Part shown: positions 26,488-36,533 of the stretch, in pieces | Layout of the letters: every line of letters starts with the position of its first letter | Numbering within the stretch: the stretch's first letter is position 1 | Assembly (NCBI GenBank): GCA_964549615.1 | Contig: CAZJVP010000051.1 | Coordinates: 88,485 to 152,484, forward strand | Length of the DNA: 64,000 nt | Direction of reading: 5' to 3' | Source of the DNA: an uncultured Thermococci archaeon | GTDB taxonomy: Archaea > CAYQAE01 > CAYVLA01 | Position numbers and translations under genes: made by a program | The notes under the pieces: model-generated | Told to the model about the DNA's origin: nothing | Seen by the model: only the letters and a program-made list of their open reading frames with translations | The model's database searches: none

Positions 26488-27546
26488 ATGACGGAGTCGG
26501 GCCTTCATGTCGAGAGGGGCTGTATTGTGGCTGAAGCCCACGCTCTGAATGCCTGCACGGCTGCGGCACTCGGCTCGGGTTTCGCCCAGGTTATCGGCCC
26601 CGGCAACGTCGTTGTGACGGGGAGAGACGGGAAGGGCTTCTCAAGGCTAATCAAGAGGGCTATGACCTGTGGCATTATGGAGAACGGCGTGGAGGTCATG
26701 GACACGAGGCTCGTTCCCCGATCCGTAACGCGCTACTGCGTCAGCGACACCTCCTCGGATTACGGAGTGTATGTGGGCTTTCACTGGCTCAGGCCGGGTA
26801 GCCTAGTCTTTTCCTTCTTCGATGCCGCGGGGGCCATCCTCGGGCATGACATGCTTGAGCGCATACTGGGCAAGATGGGCTGTTTGGAGAAGGGGACATC
26901 GGCGCGCGAGGTGGGCGATATCGTCTTCTTTTTCGACGCTGGCCCGAGGTACGAGGAAGAGATCCTCAGGGCTGTCGACACAAACGCGATATCCTCTGCG
27001 CGGCCGAAGGTGGTTGTCGACTGCTCCAACGGGGCCATCTCGGTCACCCTCCCGGAGATACTGCGAAAGTTGGGTTGCCAGGTTGTATCGTACAACGACG
27101 ATCCGGCCGGGTACCTTTCTGGCATGCCGGTCTTGGCGGACGAATCCCTCATGGCGGATTTCGCCGGAAAGGTCAAGGACGGCGGGGCGGATCTGGGAAT
27201 CGCGCTGGACCCGTTCGGCGAGTGCGCGAGGTTCGCGGACGATGAGGGCGTCGTGCTTTCACAAAGGGATCTCGGGCTCTTGCTGATGGCGAAGGCCGGG
27301 GTGAGGGTGATGGGCGTCTGGCACGGGCTTGGTGGGGCATTCCCATCCAGCATGGACGTCAGGATTCTGAAGGAAGATGAGGGGCAGCTCCCCAGGGGGC
27401 TTGACGCCGCTTTGGGCCAAGACCATGCCTGCTACCTCGGCAGCCGCAGGAGGAGGTGGTGGGACGCATCGCCCATGGCGCTCAAGTTGCTCGAGATCGT
27501 GTCCGAAGGGGACAAGATTTCTCGGCTGCGGCGGGGGCTGGCCTAG
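26488..27546 (+). CDS. Phosphoglucomutase/phosphomannomutase-like protein, catalytic motifs degenerate
   Basis: VVTGRD, KVVVDCSNG, GADLGIALD present; no SHNP serine loop; DGDGDR replaced by DPFGEC; short. Confidence 0.75.
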   Translation: MTESGLHVERGCIVAEAHALNACTAAALGSGFAQVIGPGNVVVTGRDGKGFSRLIKRAMTCGIMENGVEVMDTRLVPRSVTRYCVSDTSSDYGVYVGFHWLRPGSLVFSFFDAAGAILGHDMLERILGKMGCLEKGTSAREVGDIVFFFDAGPRYEEEILRAVDTNAISSARPKVVVDCSNGAISVTLPEILRKLGCQVVSYNDDPAGYLSGMPVLADESLMADFAGKVKDGGADLGIALDPFGECARFADDEGVVLSQRDLGLLLMAKAGVRVMGVWHGLGGAFPSSMDVRILKEDEGQLPRGLDAALGQDHACYLGSRRRRWWDASPMALKLLEIVSEGDKISRLRRGLA

Positions 27547-29132
27547 GCGTGGTTCAGCTGAAGATAGTACCTGTAGCCCTCAACTAGCGCCGTCTTGCTC
27601 GCCTCGAGTATGTTCTCCGACACCCCGACGGTCGCCCACCGCTTCTTGTCGGCCTCGAACTCAACGAAGACCTCAACGGAGGATGCCGTGCCCTCCATGT
27701 TTATGACCGTGACCTTGAAGTTCGTGAGGTTGACCTTTGCGCTCTCCGGAAAGAAGGGCAGGAGAGCTTTCCTCAGGGCATTGTCCTGGGCATTGACCGG
27801 GCCGGCCCCCTCTGCAATGGTGTGAATGATCTGGTTCCCGACCTTGACCTTGACGGTGGCCTCGGCTATCCTCCTACCGTTTGAGTCGACGGATGACAGG
27901 GTCCTCCACTCAGTTACGTCGAAGGTCTTGCGCAGGACCCCCAGCTCCTCAGCCATCAGGAGGTAAACGGTCGCGTCGGCGTTGAGCAGGTGGTATCCCT
28001 GGGCCTCGAGCCGCTTGATTCTCTGCAGGATCCTCGAGGTGCGCTTGTCGCCCTTATCCAGTTTGAAGCCGAACTCCCTAGCCTTGGACACCACCGCGGC
28101 TCTCCCCGACAGCTCGGACACGGACAGGACGCGGGTGTTCCCCACAAGCTCCGGTTCTATATGTTCGTAGGACCGGGGATGCTTGTTAACTGCATCCGCG
28201 TGCACTCCGCCCTTGTGGCTGAACGCCAGCGAACCCACGTAGGGCTGGTGCGGGTTCGGCCTCGCATTGATCAACTCGTAGAGGTATTCGGAGGCCTGCT
28301 TGAGCTTGGTCAGCCTTTCCTCCCTCTTTCTGTCCCTCATGACGGTTGCGATGCCGAGCTTGTGTTCTAGGTTCGGCAGGACGGCGCAGAGGTCGGCGTT
28401 TCCACATCGTTCCCCGATGCCGTTGAGCGTTCCCTGGACATGTTCGACGCCGGCGAGAACAGCGGCCACGGTGTTGGCGACGGCGCATCCGGAGTCGTTA
28501 TGCCCATGGAAGCCGAGCTTCGTGCTCACCTCCTCGCGCGCCCTTTCGGTGATGGACTGGATCTCGTTTGGTAGGCTTCCGCCGTTCGAGTCGCACAGCA
28601 CTATGACCGAGGCATCCGCATCTTCGGCGGCGCGCAGGGTCCGCAGGGCATATGCGGGGTCGTCCTTGAAGCCGTCGTAGAAATGCTCGGCATCGAATAT
28701 GACTTCCAGGCCGTGGCTCCGGAGATATTGGATCGAGTCCTGAATCATCTCTATGTTTCTCTCCTCTGTGGTGCGAAGGACATCCGTCACATGGAAGCGC
28801 CAACTCTTCCCGAATATTGCGGCGTACCTGACCCCGGAGTCCACGATGCTTGCGAGGTTTGGATCGCTGTCCTTTCGGCTGTCTTTCCTCATCGTCGCGC
28901 CGAAGGCGGTGAGCTTGGCAGAGAGCGAGTAGTCCCGGATCCTCTTAAAGTACTCAATGTCCTTGGGGTTGGAGGCGGGCCAGCCGCCTTCGATGAAATG
29001 AACCCCGAGCTCATCCAGCTTCAGGGTGAGGTCGATCTTGTCCTGAAGCGAGAAGGTGATTCCGGTCGTCTGTGAACCGTCCCTGAGGGTGGTGTCGTAG
29101 ACATCCACCTGAGATGGAAGATGCTTGCTCAT
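27543..29132 (-). CDS. cimA: Citramalate synthase (LeuA/CimA family)
   Basis: YDTTLRDGSQ, EGGWP..NPKD, FDAEHFYDG, H.HND.G.AVAN, GERCGNA, HKGGVH. Confidence 0.9.
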   Translation of the reverse strand: MSKHLPSQVDVYDTTLRDGSQTTGITFSLQDKIDLTLKLDELGVHFIEGGWPASNPKDIEYFKRIRDYSLSAKLTAFGATMRKDSRKDSDPNLASIVDSGVRYAAIFGKSWRFHVTDVLRTTEERNIEMIQDSIQYLRSHGLEVIFDAEHFYDGFKDDPAYALRTLRAAEDADASVIVLCDSNGGSLPNEIQSITERAREEVSTKLGFHGHNDSGCAVANTVAAVLAGVEHVQGTLNGIGERCGNADLCAVLPNLEHKLGIATVMRDRKREERLTKLKQASEYLYELINARPNPHQPYVGSLAFSHKGGVHADAVNKHPRSYEHIEPELVGNTRVLSVSELSGRAAVVSKAREFGFKLDKGDKRTSRILQRIKRLEAQGYHLLNADATVYLLMAEELGVLRKTFDVTEWRTLSSVDSNGRRIAEATVKVKVGNQIIHTIAEGAGPVNAQDNALRKALLPFFPESAKVNLTNFKVTVINMEGTASSVEVFVEFEADKKRWATVGVSENILEASKTALVEGYRYYLQLNHA

Positions 29133-29403
29133 GTCTATCGCTTTCTGGAGGGAATGCCCAGGCAACCAACATAGGGATCTGAGGAATCTTAATTAGTGTT
29201 TCTCGGTCCTAGGAAGGATTCACCTTGGTCGGGTCGGCAGCGGTCCGGCGCGCCGTCGATCCTGCGGCATTTGTCTGGACCGTTGCGGATTTCGGGAACC
29301 GGACGGGTTCATCGTCGAAGCCCAATATTAGGCCCTGGCGTCCTCTTTGCGCCGGGCAAGCCCTCCATAGGAGCCAAGGATTCTTCCCTGATGGAGGGGG
29401 GTG

Positions 29404-30882
29404 CTAGTCCTTCCGGCGTCGGAGGGCTGCCCTATCTCGCACGGAGACAAGCGGCCTATCCCTTCCCAGCCTTCTGCCCAACGCCCCCGCCAGGAACAGG
29501 ACAAACGCCCACGCGGTGCGGCCCTCGTTAACCTTGACCCTGAAGAACCAAGGGTCGCCGCGGCTTCCGTGCTGGTTCGTGAAGCTGCCTATGATGTAGT
29601 CATCCGGAGTTATGGATCGGCAGCCCCCCACGGAGTAGATCCCGTTGGGTATGGGATCGCTCAGCACAAGATCGTGCCAGGTGTCCCCGTTATCGCGGCT
29701 CATCAGCACACCTATGTGGGTCTGGTTGGCTCGACCGATGTAGTAGAGGGGGCTGGTCCCCGGACCTGTGGCAAAGTATCCGTCCAGCCCCATGATGGAG
29801 ATCGTCTCACCCCTCCACTCCGGGTAGATCCTCTTATCGATCTGGCCCGAGGCGAGATCGATCCTCACATAGTGCTGTCGCGGGGGATTGGTCTGGCCCA
29901 GGTAGGCGAAGTGCACCTTCCCGTTCTTGGCGATCATGCTGGAGAGCCAGGTGTGCACCTCGAACTCATCCGGAAGGATTATCTGGTCGGCCATGCCGCT
30001 CTGGTCGGGCAGGATCGGGCAGTAGAGCCGGGTTCCGTCCGCCTTGTGCCAGGTTTCTCCGCCGTTAGGCGTGTTAGCGTAGTGGATATCCCAGTACAGG
30101 TACCTGTCTTTGTGGTTCGTGGTCCAGGCATGGTGAAGCAGGCCCGTTTCGTCGACGTATATGTGCGGATACTGGGTTGTCGCATTCCGGCCGCTGAACT
30201 CGACGACCTGTTTCCAGCTGATGAGCTTGCCCGTGGTGGCGTTGACCACGAAGAACTTGCCGTAGTGGTTGAAGAGGTAGACCTTGCCTGCAGCATACAT
30301 CATGGAGTACTTGCCGCTTGTTGCTCCGTTTATCCTCGTGATCTCCGGGTCCCTGTAGTCCTTGCTCGCTAGGAAACGGTGAAAGAGGAAGGGCCTCATG
30401 GGGTCGGTTTCGTCGCTGCAGACCGCGAGGATGTTGTTGTGCTCGTCCGTCTCTATGCAGGCTGCCTTCGAGCCCACCCTGGGGGAAGTGTAGACGGTCT
30501 CAAACGTCCTGCCCCCGTCCGTGCTTCTCACCAGCTTCCAAGTTCCGGGCCAAGGCGCGACGTCGGCGTAGTCAACGAGGTAGGTCATGAATATTCCGTT
30601 CTCGTTCTGCACGACCTTCTGGTTGTGGCTTTGGAATGTCGCGTAGTACGTGCAGTTATTGTCTATGAGGGTCAGCTCGAAAGCCGGAACGTCTTGGTCT
30701 CCCAGAAATGGGGATTGTCCGAGCGAGCGTTCGTCAGGCGTTGCAGAGGGCATGGACTCCCCTTGCATGCCGTTCGCTGCTCTTGCCAGAGTTGAAATGC
30801 AGCATGATGCAGTGCATGCGGCCGACAGGCCCAGTAGTAGGACTGCGCTAAGGGCTCTTGGCGTCCGAGTTGGGCGTATCAT
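29404..30882 (-). CDS. Secreted BNR/Asp-box repeat (sialidase-like propeller) protein with C-terminal anchor
   Basis: Signal peptide, STDGGRTF, TPNGGETW, SRDNGDTW Asp boxes, C-terminal hydrophobic plus Arg tail. Confidence 0.8.
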   Translation of the reverse strand: MIRPTRTPRALSAVLLLGLSAACTASCCISTLARAANGMQGESMPSATPDERSLGQSPFLGDQDVPAFELTLIDNNCTYYATFQSHNQKVVQNENGIFMTYLVDYADVAPWPGTWKLVRSTDGGRTFETVYTSPRVGSKAACIETDEHNNILAVCSDETDPMRPFLFHRFLASKDYRDPEITRINGATSGKYSMMYAAGKVYLFNHYGKFFVVNATTGKLISWKQVVEFSGRNATTQYPHIYVDETGLLHHAWTTNHKDRYLYWDIHYANTPNGGETWHKADGTRLYCPILPDQSGMADQIILPDEFEVHTWLSSMIAKNGKVHFAYLGQTNPPRQHYVRIDLASGQIDKRIYPEWRGETISIMGLDGYFATGPGTSPLYYIGRANQTHIGVLMSRDNGDTWHDLVLSDPIPNGIYSVGGCRSITPDDYIIGSFTNQHGSRGDPWFFRVKVNEGRTAWAFVLFLAGALGRRLGRDRPLVSVRDRAALRRRKD

Positions 30883-31074
30883 GCTCAACGGGTCTCGCAG
30901 GTGTGCTCTGAAAAAGCTAATCACCCACCGGGTTGACCGCCTCCAAACCGCGGCTTGGGTCTTCCCGGACGGCCGAACCCGTCTCCGTCAAGCCCCCAGG
31001 CTGGTCTCGGTCCCGGTCAGCCGATGGTTACAATTATAAACCGGCCATGGAGCCGGCTGCCTCACGGGTTTGCG

Positions 31075-31737
31075 ATGGCGGACATTCTCAGCCAGATCGC
31101 TGACAGCGTCGTCAACATCGATTTCAACGGTACAAAGAAACTCGTTCGGAAAGCCTTGAAGGACGGCGTTCCGCCTGTGGATATCGTGCTAAGGGGTCTC
31201 TCGAAGGGAATGGAGAGGGTAGGCGAGCTCTACGAGTCATCCGAATACTTCGAGGCCGAGCTGATCGCCTCGGGACAGGTCATGCAAGAGGCCCTCGAGA
31301 TCGTGAGGCCCCACATTGAGGTCGACAAGCTGGACTCCCCGGGCACCTTCATCATCGGGACGGTCAAGGGCGACCTCCACGACATCGGCAAGAACATGGT
31401 GATTGCGATGATGAGGTCGGCCGGCTTCAAGATAGTCGATCTGGGCGTCGATGTGGACAAGCAGGCCTTCGTCGACGCGGTGAGGAAGGCGGACGGAAAG
31501 ATCATCGTGGCAATGTCCGCGCTTCTCACCACCACCATGCCGGCGATGAAGGAGGTAGTTGACGAGCTTGACCGCCAGGGGCTAAGGGAGAAGGTGAAGG
31601 TGCTGCTTGGCGGAAGGCCGGTCAACGCTGAATTCGCAAGGAAGATGGGCAGCGACGGTTACGCCAGGGACGCGGTATCCGCCGTCAGGGTGGCCAAGCG
31701 GTTGCTGGCCAGCAAACCCGGCGAGTTCGTCACCTGA
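31075..31737 (+). CDS. Methyltransferase-associated corrinoid (B12-binding) protein
   Basis: GTVKGDLHDIGKNMV, DLGVDV, SALLTTT, LGG; TTATAAA upstream. Confidence 0.93.
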   Translation: MADILSQIADSVVNIDFNGTKKLVRKALKDGVPPVDIVLRGLSKGMERVGELYESSEYFEAELIASGQVMQEALEIVRPHIEVDKLDSPGTFIIGTVKGDLHDIGKNMVIAMMRSAGFKIVDLGVDVDKQAFVDAVRKADGKIIVAMSALLTTTMPAMKEVVDELDRQGLREKVKVLLGGRPVNAEFARKMGSDGYARDAVSAVRVAKRLLASKPGEFVT

Positions 31738-31832
31738 ATGCGGGAAGCGGTCATCGGGATGGGCCGGGCGATCCATGCTCCAGGCCTGACAATATTTATC
31801 ACGTGTGCCCAGGCGGCAGTGGCGGTGATGGG

Positions 31833-32714
31833 TTGAAGGACGAGATCGCTGGCATAATCTGCGCAATGATGACTCCCCGCAATAGGGACGGGTCCGTGAT
31901 GGAGAAAGGGGTCAAGTCCCTGGTCGACCACCTGATAGCAAACGGCGTGAACGTGGTCTTTCCGACCGGGACTGCGGGCGAGGGCCCCATCCTTTCCACC
32001 GAGCGCAAGAAGCAGGTGATCTCGGCCGTGGTGGATGCCGTGGGAGGAAGGATCCCCGTCACCCCCGGCATCGCCTGCCCAACCACCGAGGAGACCATCG
32101 AGCTCGGCAGGTTCTGCGAGGACCTAGGCGTGGAGGCCGTCGTGGTCGTGACCCCATGGTACTATAGGGTCGGCGACGAGACCCTTTACAAGCACTACGC
32201 GTCGATCGCCGAGGCGCTTGACACGCCAGTCATAGCCTACAAGATCCCCCAAGCAGCGGTGAACGACATATCCCTTGACCTCCTCGGCAGATTGGCCAAG
32301 GTCGACGGCATCGCGGCAGTCAAGGACAGCAGCGGGGATATGGTATGGCTTTCCAAGGCCATCGCCCTATACGGCGACCGGTTCAAGTTCTACGGCGGGA
32401 ACGACCGCCTGATCCTGCCCTGCCTGGCGGTGGGGGCAGAAGGGCACGTCTCGGGTTCGTCCAACTGCTTCACGAGCGAGGTCGTCGAGGTCTACAGGCA
32501 GTTCAAGAAGGGCGATCTGAAGGCGGCCCTTGCCGCGCAGCAGCACCTCCTGAAGGAGCTCATGTGCCTGCCGCCGGCGAAGGAGATATCGGCGATGAGG
32601 GAGGTGCTCAGGTGGAAGGGGATCGAGATCGGCGAGGCGCTGGACCCGGTGGGCGTTCTCACCAGCGAGGAGCGAAAGGACCTCAAGGAACGCCTCGCCA
32701 GGCTCGCACCCTAA
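31833..32714 (+). CDS. Dihydrodipicolinate synthase (DapA/NanA) family aldolase
   Basis: GTAGEG, TPWYY, YKIP, VKDSSGD. Confidence 0.9.
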   Translation: MKDEIAGIICAMMTPRNRDGSVMEKGVKSLVDHLIANGVNVVFPTGTAGEGPILSTERKKQVISAVVDAVGGRIPVTPGIACPTTEETIELGRFCEDLGVEAVVVVTPWYYRVGDETLYKHYASIAEALDTPVIAYKIPQAAVNDISLDLLGRLAKVDGIAAVKDSSGDMVWLSKAIALYGDRFKFYGGNDRLILPCLAVGAEGHVSGSSNCFTSEVVEVYRQFKKGDLKAALAAQQHLLKELMCLPPAKEISAMREVLRWKGIEIGEALDPVGVLTSEERKDLKERLARLAP

Positions 32715-33406
32715 ACGCGCCCGGGGAGCAGGTTTGACAGCAGGAAGGCCTCGGCGTACTCGGTCCCAGCCATGAAGCCCCTCACCCGGGCAAGCCCCTC
32801 GATGAATCGAAGGACGCCCTGCGTTGTCTCGACCTGCGAGGCTTGGGACTCCATCGCCCGCATCTTTTTCTCGAACTGCTTGCTTATGTCCACGACGATG
32901 GACGGTTGGGTGAAGAGATCTAGGATCTCGTAGTAGAACAGGTAGGAGCAGTACCAGGGTTCCCCCAGGTCCGCCAAGACATTCTCGCTCGCCTTCCACC
33001 GGACCTCGTCAACTATCTGGGCCACGGCTCGATGGTCTCGGTGCTTGTCGGAGTGACTGTGGCAGAGGATGAGATCCGGCTTCTTGTCCCTCACTATGGC
33101 GACGCAGCGCTGGTAGGTTGCCGTGTCGTTAACCACGCCTTGGCATGGGAGCCCCAGGATCAACCGCTCCTTAACCCCGAGGATCGAGTCGCACTTCCTG
33201 GCCTCGCCAGTCCTTATCTCGGCCATTCTCCCTTTGAGCTCCGGCCTTCCGTACCCGGTTTCCCCGGCGGTGAAGGTGACGACCGTGACCTCTGCTCCGT
33301 CCTCGCTCAACCTGGCGATCGTGCCCCCAGGTCCGATTATCTCATCATCGGGATGGGCGCCGAAGACCAACACTCTGCGTATCCTCTTGCCATTGAGCTC
33401 AAACAT
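32711..33406 (-). CDS. PIG-L family N-acetylglucosamine deacetylase
   Basis: AHPDDE, R..EA, DKHRDH, AEAF. Confidence 0.9.
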   Translation of the reverse strand: MFELNGKRIRRVLVFGAHPDDEIIGPGGTIARLSEDGAEVTVVTFTAGETGYGRPELKGRMAEIRTGEARKCDSILGVKERLILGLPCQGVVNDTATYQRCVAIVRDKKPDLILCHSHSDKHRDHRAVAQIVDEVRWKASENVLADLGEPWYCSYLFYYEILDLFTQPSIVVDISKQFEKKMRAMESQASQVETTQGVLRFIEGLARVRGFMAGTEYAEAFLLSNLLPGRV

Positions 33407-33678
33407 GCTCGGATCATCCCCGCTGAAGGTCTTACACCTGCCTGGCACAACGCGGCTGAAGAATTTGCGTGGCCCTGCGGCCCGTGGTCCAAGGCTGCCG
33501 ACGACCGCAGCCCACTCGACTACCCGCATCGGGGTGCTCAAAAAGATTTCTCTGATCGATCCGTCCGGTAGAGGTAGCCGCACGCGGTCACCCGAACGGC
33601 GGAATGCCGCGTTGGCGAGTGCCGAAGATTCCGAGGCCGGGCATAGGGAAGCTAGGAAAAAAAGGCACCCTCGCTGGC

Positions 33679-34767
33679 CTATCCCTCTACGAAGCTTGAG
33701 ACCGTGGCGGCGTCAAGCCTCTTGACGCATTCCATAACCAGAGAGATGGTGGCCTCCACGTCCGCGACCGAGAACATGCCGACATGCGAGTGTATGTGAC
33801 GGGTCGGGACGCCCAGCACGATGCTCGGGCAGCCGGCCCCCGTGATATGTATCTGGCCCGCGTCCGTTCCGCCGCGCGTCGCGATGGAGAGCTGATGCCG
33901 GATCCCAGCCTCTTTTGCCACCCTGATCACGAACTCCTTCAGCGGCTGGTTGGGTATCATCGATGTGTCGTATGTGAGGATGGCAACCCCCTTGCCCATC
34001 TTGGCCGGCGCTACCTTGTTGGCTGCCCCCGGGACGTCTCCGGAGATGTCGACCTCCAGAGTGAGGCATACATCTGGGTTGGTCTCATAGGCGACCGTGC
34101 GGGCACCGCGTGCGCCGACCTCCTCCTGCGTTGTGGCCACGCCCACGACCGTGTTCGGGTGTGCAATGCCTTCCATCCTCAGCTTCCTGACAACCTCCAT
34201 TGCGATGAAGGCGCCGAGGCGGTCATCGAAGGCCTTGCCTATGGCGATGCGCCCGTCCCGCAACAGCGTGAAGGGGGACACTGGCACGATGGGGTCGCCG
34301 ATCCTCACCCCGAGGTCTTCGGTTTCCTTTCTCGACGAGGTGCCGATATCGATGAACATCTTTTCCTTGGCCACTACCTTCTTCCTTTCCTCCTCAGGGA
34401 GCAGGTGGGGAGGAGTGGCCGAGATCACTCCTTGCAGGAGTCCTTTTTCTGTCTTGACGGCCACCCTCTGGCTCAAGAGCACCTGGTCGAACCAGCCTCC
34501 TAGGGGGCCGAAGGTCAGGAAGCCGGTGGCCTTGTCTATCCCGGTCACGCAGAAACCGACTTCGTCTATGTGGCCCGGCAAGAGAACGATGGGCCTATCC
34601 GCAGTGCCCTTTTTCTCGAAGATGACCGATCCCAACTTGTTGATCCTGCACGAATCAGAGATGCCCTGTACTGTGCGTTTCACGATCTGCGCCGTATCTC
34701 GTTCAAATCCGGGTGGCCCAAAGGACTCGCTGAGTTCCTTGAGCAGTGCGAACTGCCTTTCATCCAA
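33679..34767 (-). CDS. M42 family metallo-aminopeptidase
   Basis: GHIDEVG, KAFDDR, QEEVGARGA, GGTDAG, RHIHS. Confidence 0.93.
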   Translation of the reverse strand: MDERQFALLKELSESFGPPGFERDTAQIVKRTVQGISDSCRINKLGSVIFEKKGTADRPIVLLPGHIDEVGFCVTGIDKATGFLTFGPLGGWFDQVLLSQRVAVKTEKGLLQGVISATPPHLLPEEERKKVVAKEKMFIDIGTSSRKETEDLGVRIGDPIVPVSPFTLLRDGRIAIGKAFDDRLGAFIAMEVVRKLRMEGIAHPNTVVGVATTQEEVGARGARTVAYETNPDVCLTLEVDISGDVPGAANKVAPAKMGKGVAILTYDTSMIPNQPLKEFVIRVAKEAGIRHQLSIATRGGTDAGQIHITGAGCPSIVLGVPTRHIHSHVGMFSVADVEATISLVMECVKRLDAATVSSFVEG

Positions 34768-34903
34768 GCGATCGCCCGAACTGGGAAAGAACGTGCGGAA
34801 AAAAATCTTATGGAGACGGAAGAGCCTTAATCATAGGGAGGCGGGGCGGAGATGGCCCCAAAGAGTTAAATTGGTTCATCCTCAGGACTCCGATGTGGGT
34901 GCG

Positions 34904-35917
34904 ATGGGCCGGGTCGTAGTCTGCGTCACCGGAGTGGGCGGGCCTGCCGGCTTCAACTGCATCAGGAGCCTGAGGGATTCGGGCCTTGATGCAAGGATAG
35001 TCGCCATGGACATGGATCCCCAGGCCGCAGGGTTCTACCATGAGTCGGACGTTTCCTACGTCGTTCCGCCGGCGACGAGCGAGGAGTTCATACTGACCCT
35101 CTTCAAGATCATCGAAAGGGAGAAGGTGGATGTCCTAATACCGACGGTGGATGAGGAGATCTCGGTCCTTTGCAGGGAACCCGTCCTTGACAGGCTTTCG
35201 CGGCTCACCAACTTCCTTCTGCCGAGCCAGGCAGCCGCGGGAAAAGCTCTGGACAAGAGCCGGACGATCTCTGAGGCCCGGAGGGCAGGATTGCCAGTCC
35301 CCAAGACCCTCGTCGCCGCCTCGAGGGCGGATCTGGAAAGGAAATCTAGGAGGGTCGGCTTTCCCTTGGTCGTGAAGCCGTCTCGCTCCAGAGGGGCGCG
35401 TGGCATCTCGTACGTCGATGAGAAGCGCGATCTGGGAAAGGCTTGGAGCGCGGCATCACAGGTAGGCGGCGAGGTTCTTCTACAGGAATACGTCCCAGGA
35501 CCGGTCTTCACCGTGGGGACCGTAAGTGGCCGCGACGGCCGGATTGTGGCAAGCATCGTCCTGCAGAAGACCAAGGAGATTCCTCAGACGGGTGGCGTCG
35601 CCGTTGCCGGAAAGACGGTGGCGAACCCGGCCCTTCAAGAGCTCGGCGAGAAGTACGTCAGTTGCCTTGGTTGGTGCGGACCGGCCTCACCAGAGGTAAA
35701 GCTTGATGAGAGGGATGGTGGTTACAAGTTGATGGAGGTCAACCCTAGACTTTTCGGGTACAACTACCTCGCGGCAAGGTCGGGCGTCAATCTGGCGGCG
35801 ATAACTGTCAGGTTGGCCCTCGGTGAGGATGTCCAGCCGGTCAGAAACTACACGGAAGGACTCAGCTTCGTGCGAGCTCCGTACGACCTCATCGTTGAAG
35901 GCAGGATAGGTGACTGA
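34904..35917 (+). CDS. ATP-grasp domain protein (carbamoyl-phosphate-synthase-like)
   Basis: IPTVDEE, DK, FPLVVKP...GARG, QEYVPG, MEVNPR. Confidence 0.88.
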   Translation: MGRVVVCVTGVGGPAGFNCIRSLRDSGLDARIVAMDMDPQAAGFYHESDVSYVVPPATSEEFILTLFKIIEREKVDVLIPTVDEEISVLCREPVLDRLSRLTNFLLPSQAAAGKALDKSRTISEARRAGLPVPKTLVAASRADLERKSRRVGFPLVVKPSRSRGARGISYVDEKRDLGKAWSAASQVGGEVLLQEYVPGPVFTVGTVSGRDGRIVASIVLQKTKEIPQTGGVAVAGKTVANPALQELGEKYVSCLGWCGPASPEVKLDERDGGYKLMEVNPRLFGYNYLAARSGVNLAAITVRLALGEDVQPVRNYTEGLSFVRAPYDLIVEGRIGD

Positions 35918-36533
35918 ATTGAAGATCCTCGTGGTTTCGCCCCACCCGGATGACTTCTGCTTGTGTGTCGGCGGCACCGTTGCCCTTCATGCACGCAAGG
36001 GGGATGAGGTTCGCATACTGGTCCTCTCCAACGGAGAGCATGGGGGGGATCCAGAGGTGAGGAAGCGGGAGGCGCTTGAGTCGGCACGGGTTCTGGGATG
36101 CAGGGAGGTCAATTTCCTTGGGCTTCCCGATGGACGCGTGAACGACTCGATAGATTCGGTGTCGAAGATAGAAGCCCACGTCCTAGAATTCGGCCCAGAT
36201 CGGGTGTACTGCAACAGCAACAGGGACAGACACCAGGATCACAGGAACGGCAGCCTGGCAACCCTGTCAGCTGCAAGAAAGGTCTCGGAGGTCTTCATGT
36301 ACGAGGGCATGACGGCGTGGACCAGCTTCCAGCCCTCCACATTCGTTGACATAACCGACGTGATCGATCTAAAGATGCGCGCAATAGCGGTTCACAGGAG
36401 TCAGGAGAATCGGTACTATATGCGGCCAAGCTCGGTCAAAGGGCTGAACCAGTTTCGGGGGTGGCAGGCGAACGTATCGTACGCCGAGGCGTTCGAGATC
36501 GCCAGGCAGTTGATCAGGATCCGCCCAACCTAG
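35910..36533 (+). CDS. PIG-L family deacetylase
   Basis: PHPDD, RKREA, DRHQDH, AEAF; overlaps ATP-grasp stop. Confidence 0.9.
   Translation: MTELKILVVSPHPDDFCLCVGGTVALHARKGDEVRILVLSNGEHGGDPEVRKREALESARVLGCREVNFLGLPDGRVNDSIDSVSKIEAHVLEFGPDRVYCNSNRDRHQDHRNGSLATLSAARKVSEVFMYEGMTAWTSFQPSTFVDITDVIDLKMRAIAVHRSQENRYYMRPSSVKGLNQFRGWQANVSYAEAFEIARQLIRIRPT

Noticed and set aside
34097-34903. 606-aa ORF as a long ATP-grasp fusion
   Set aside because: The N-terminal part is the antisense shadow of the M42 peptidase; the likely start is ATG 34904 after a TATA-like tract.
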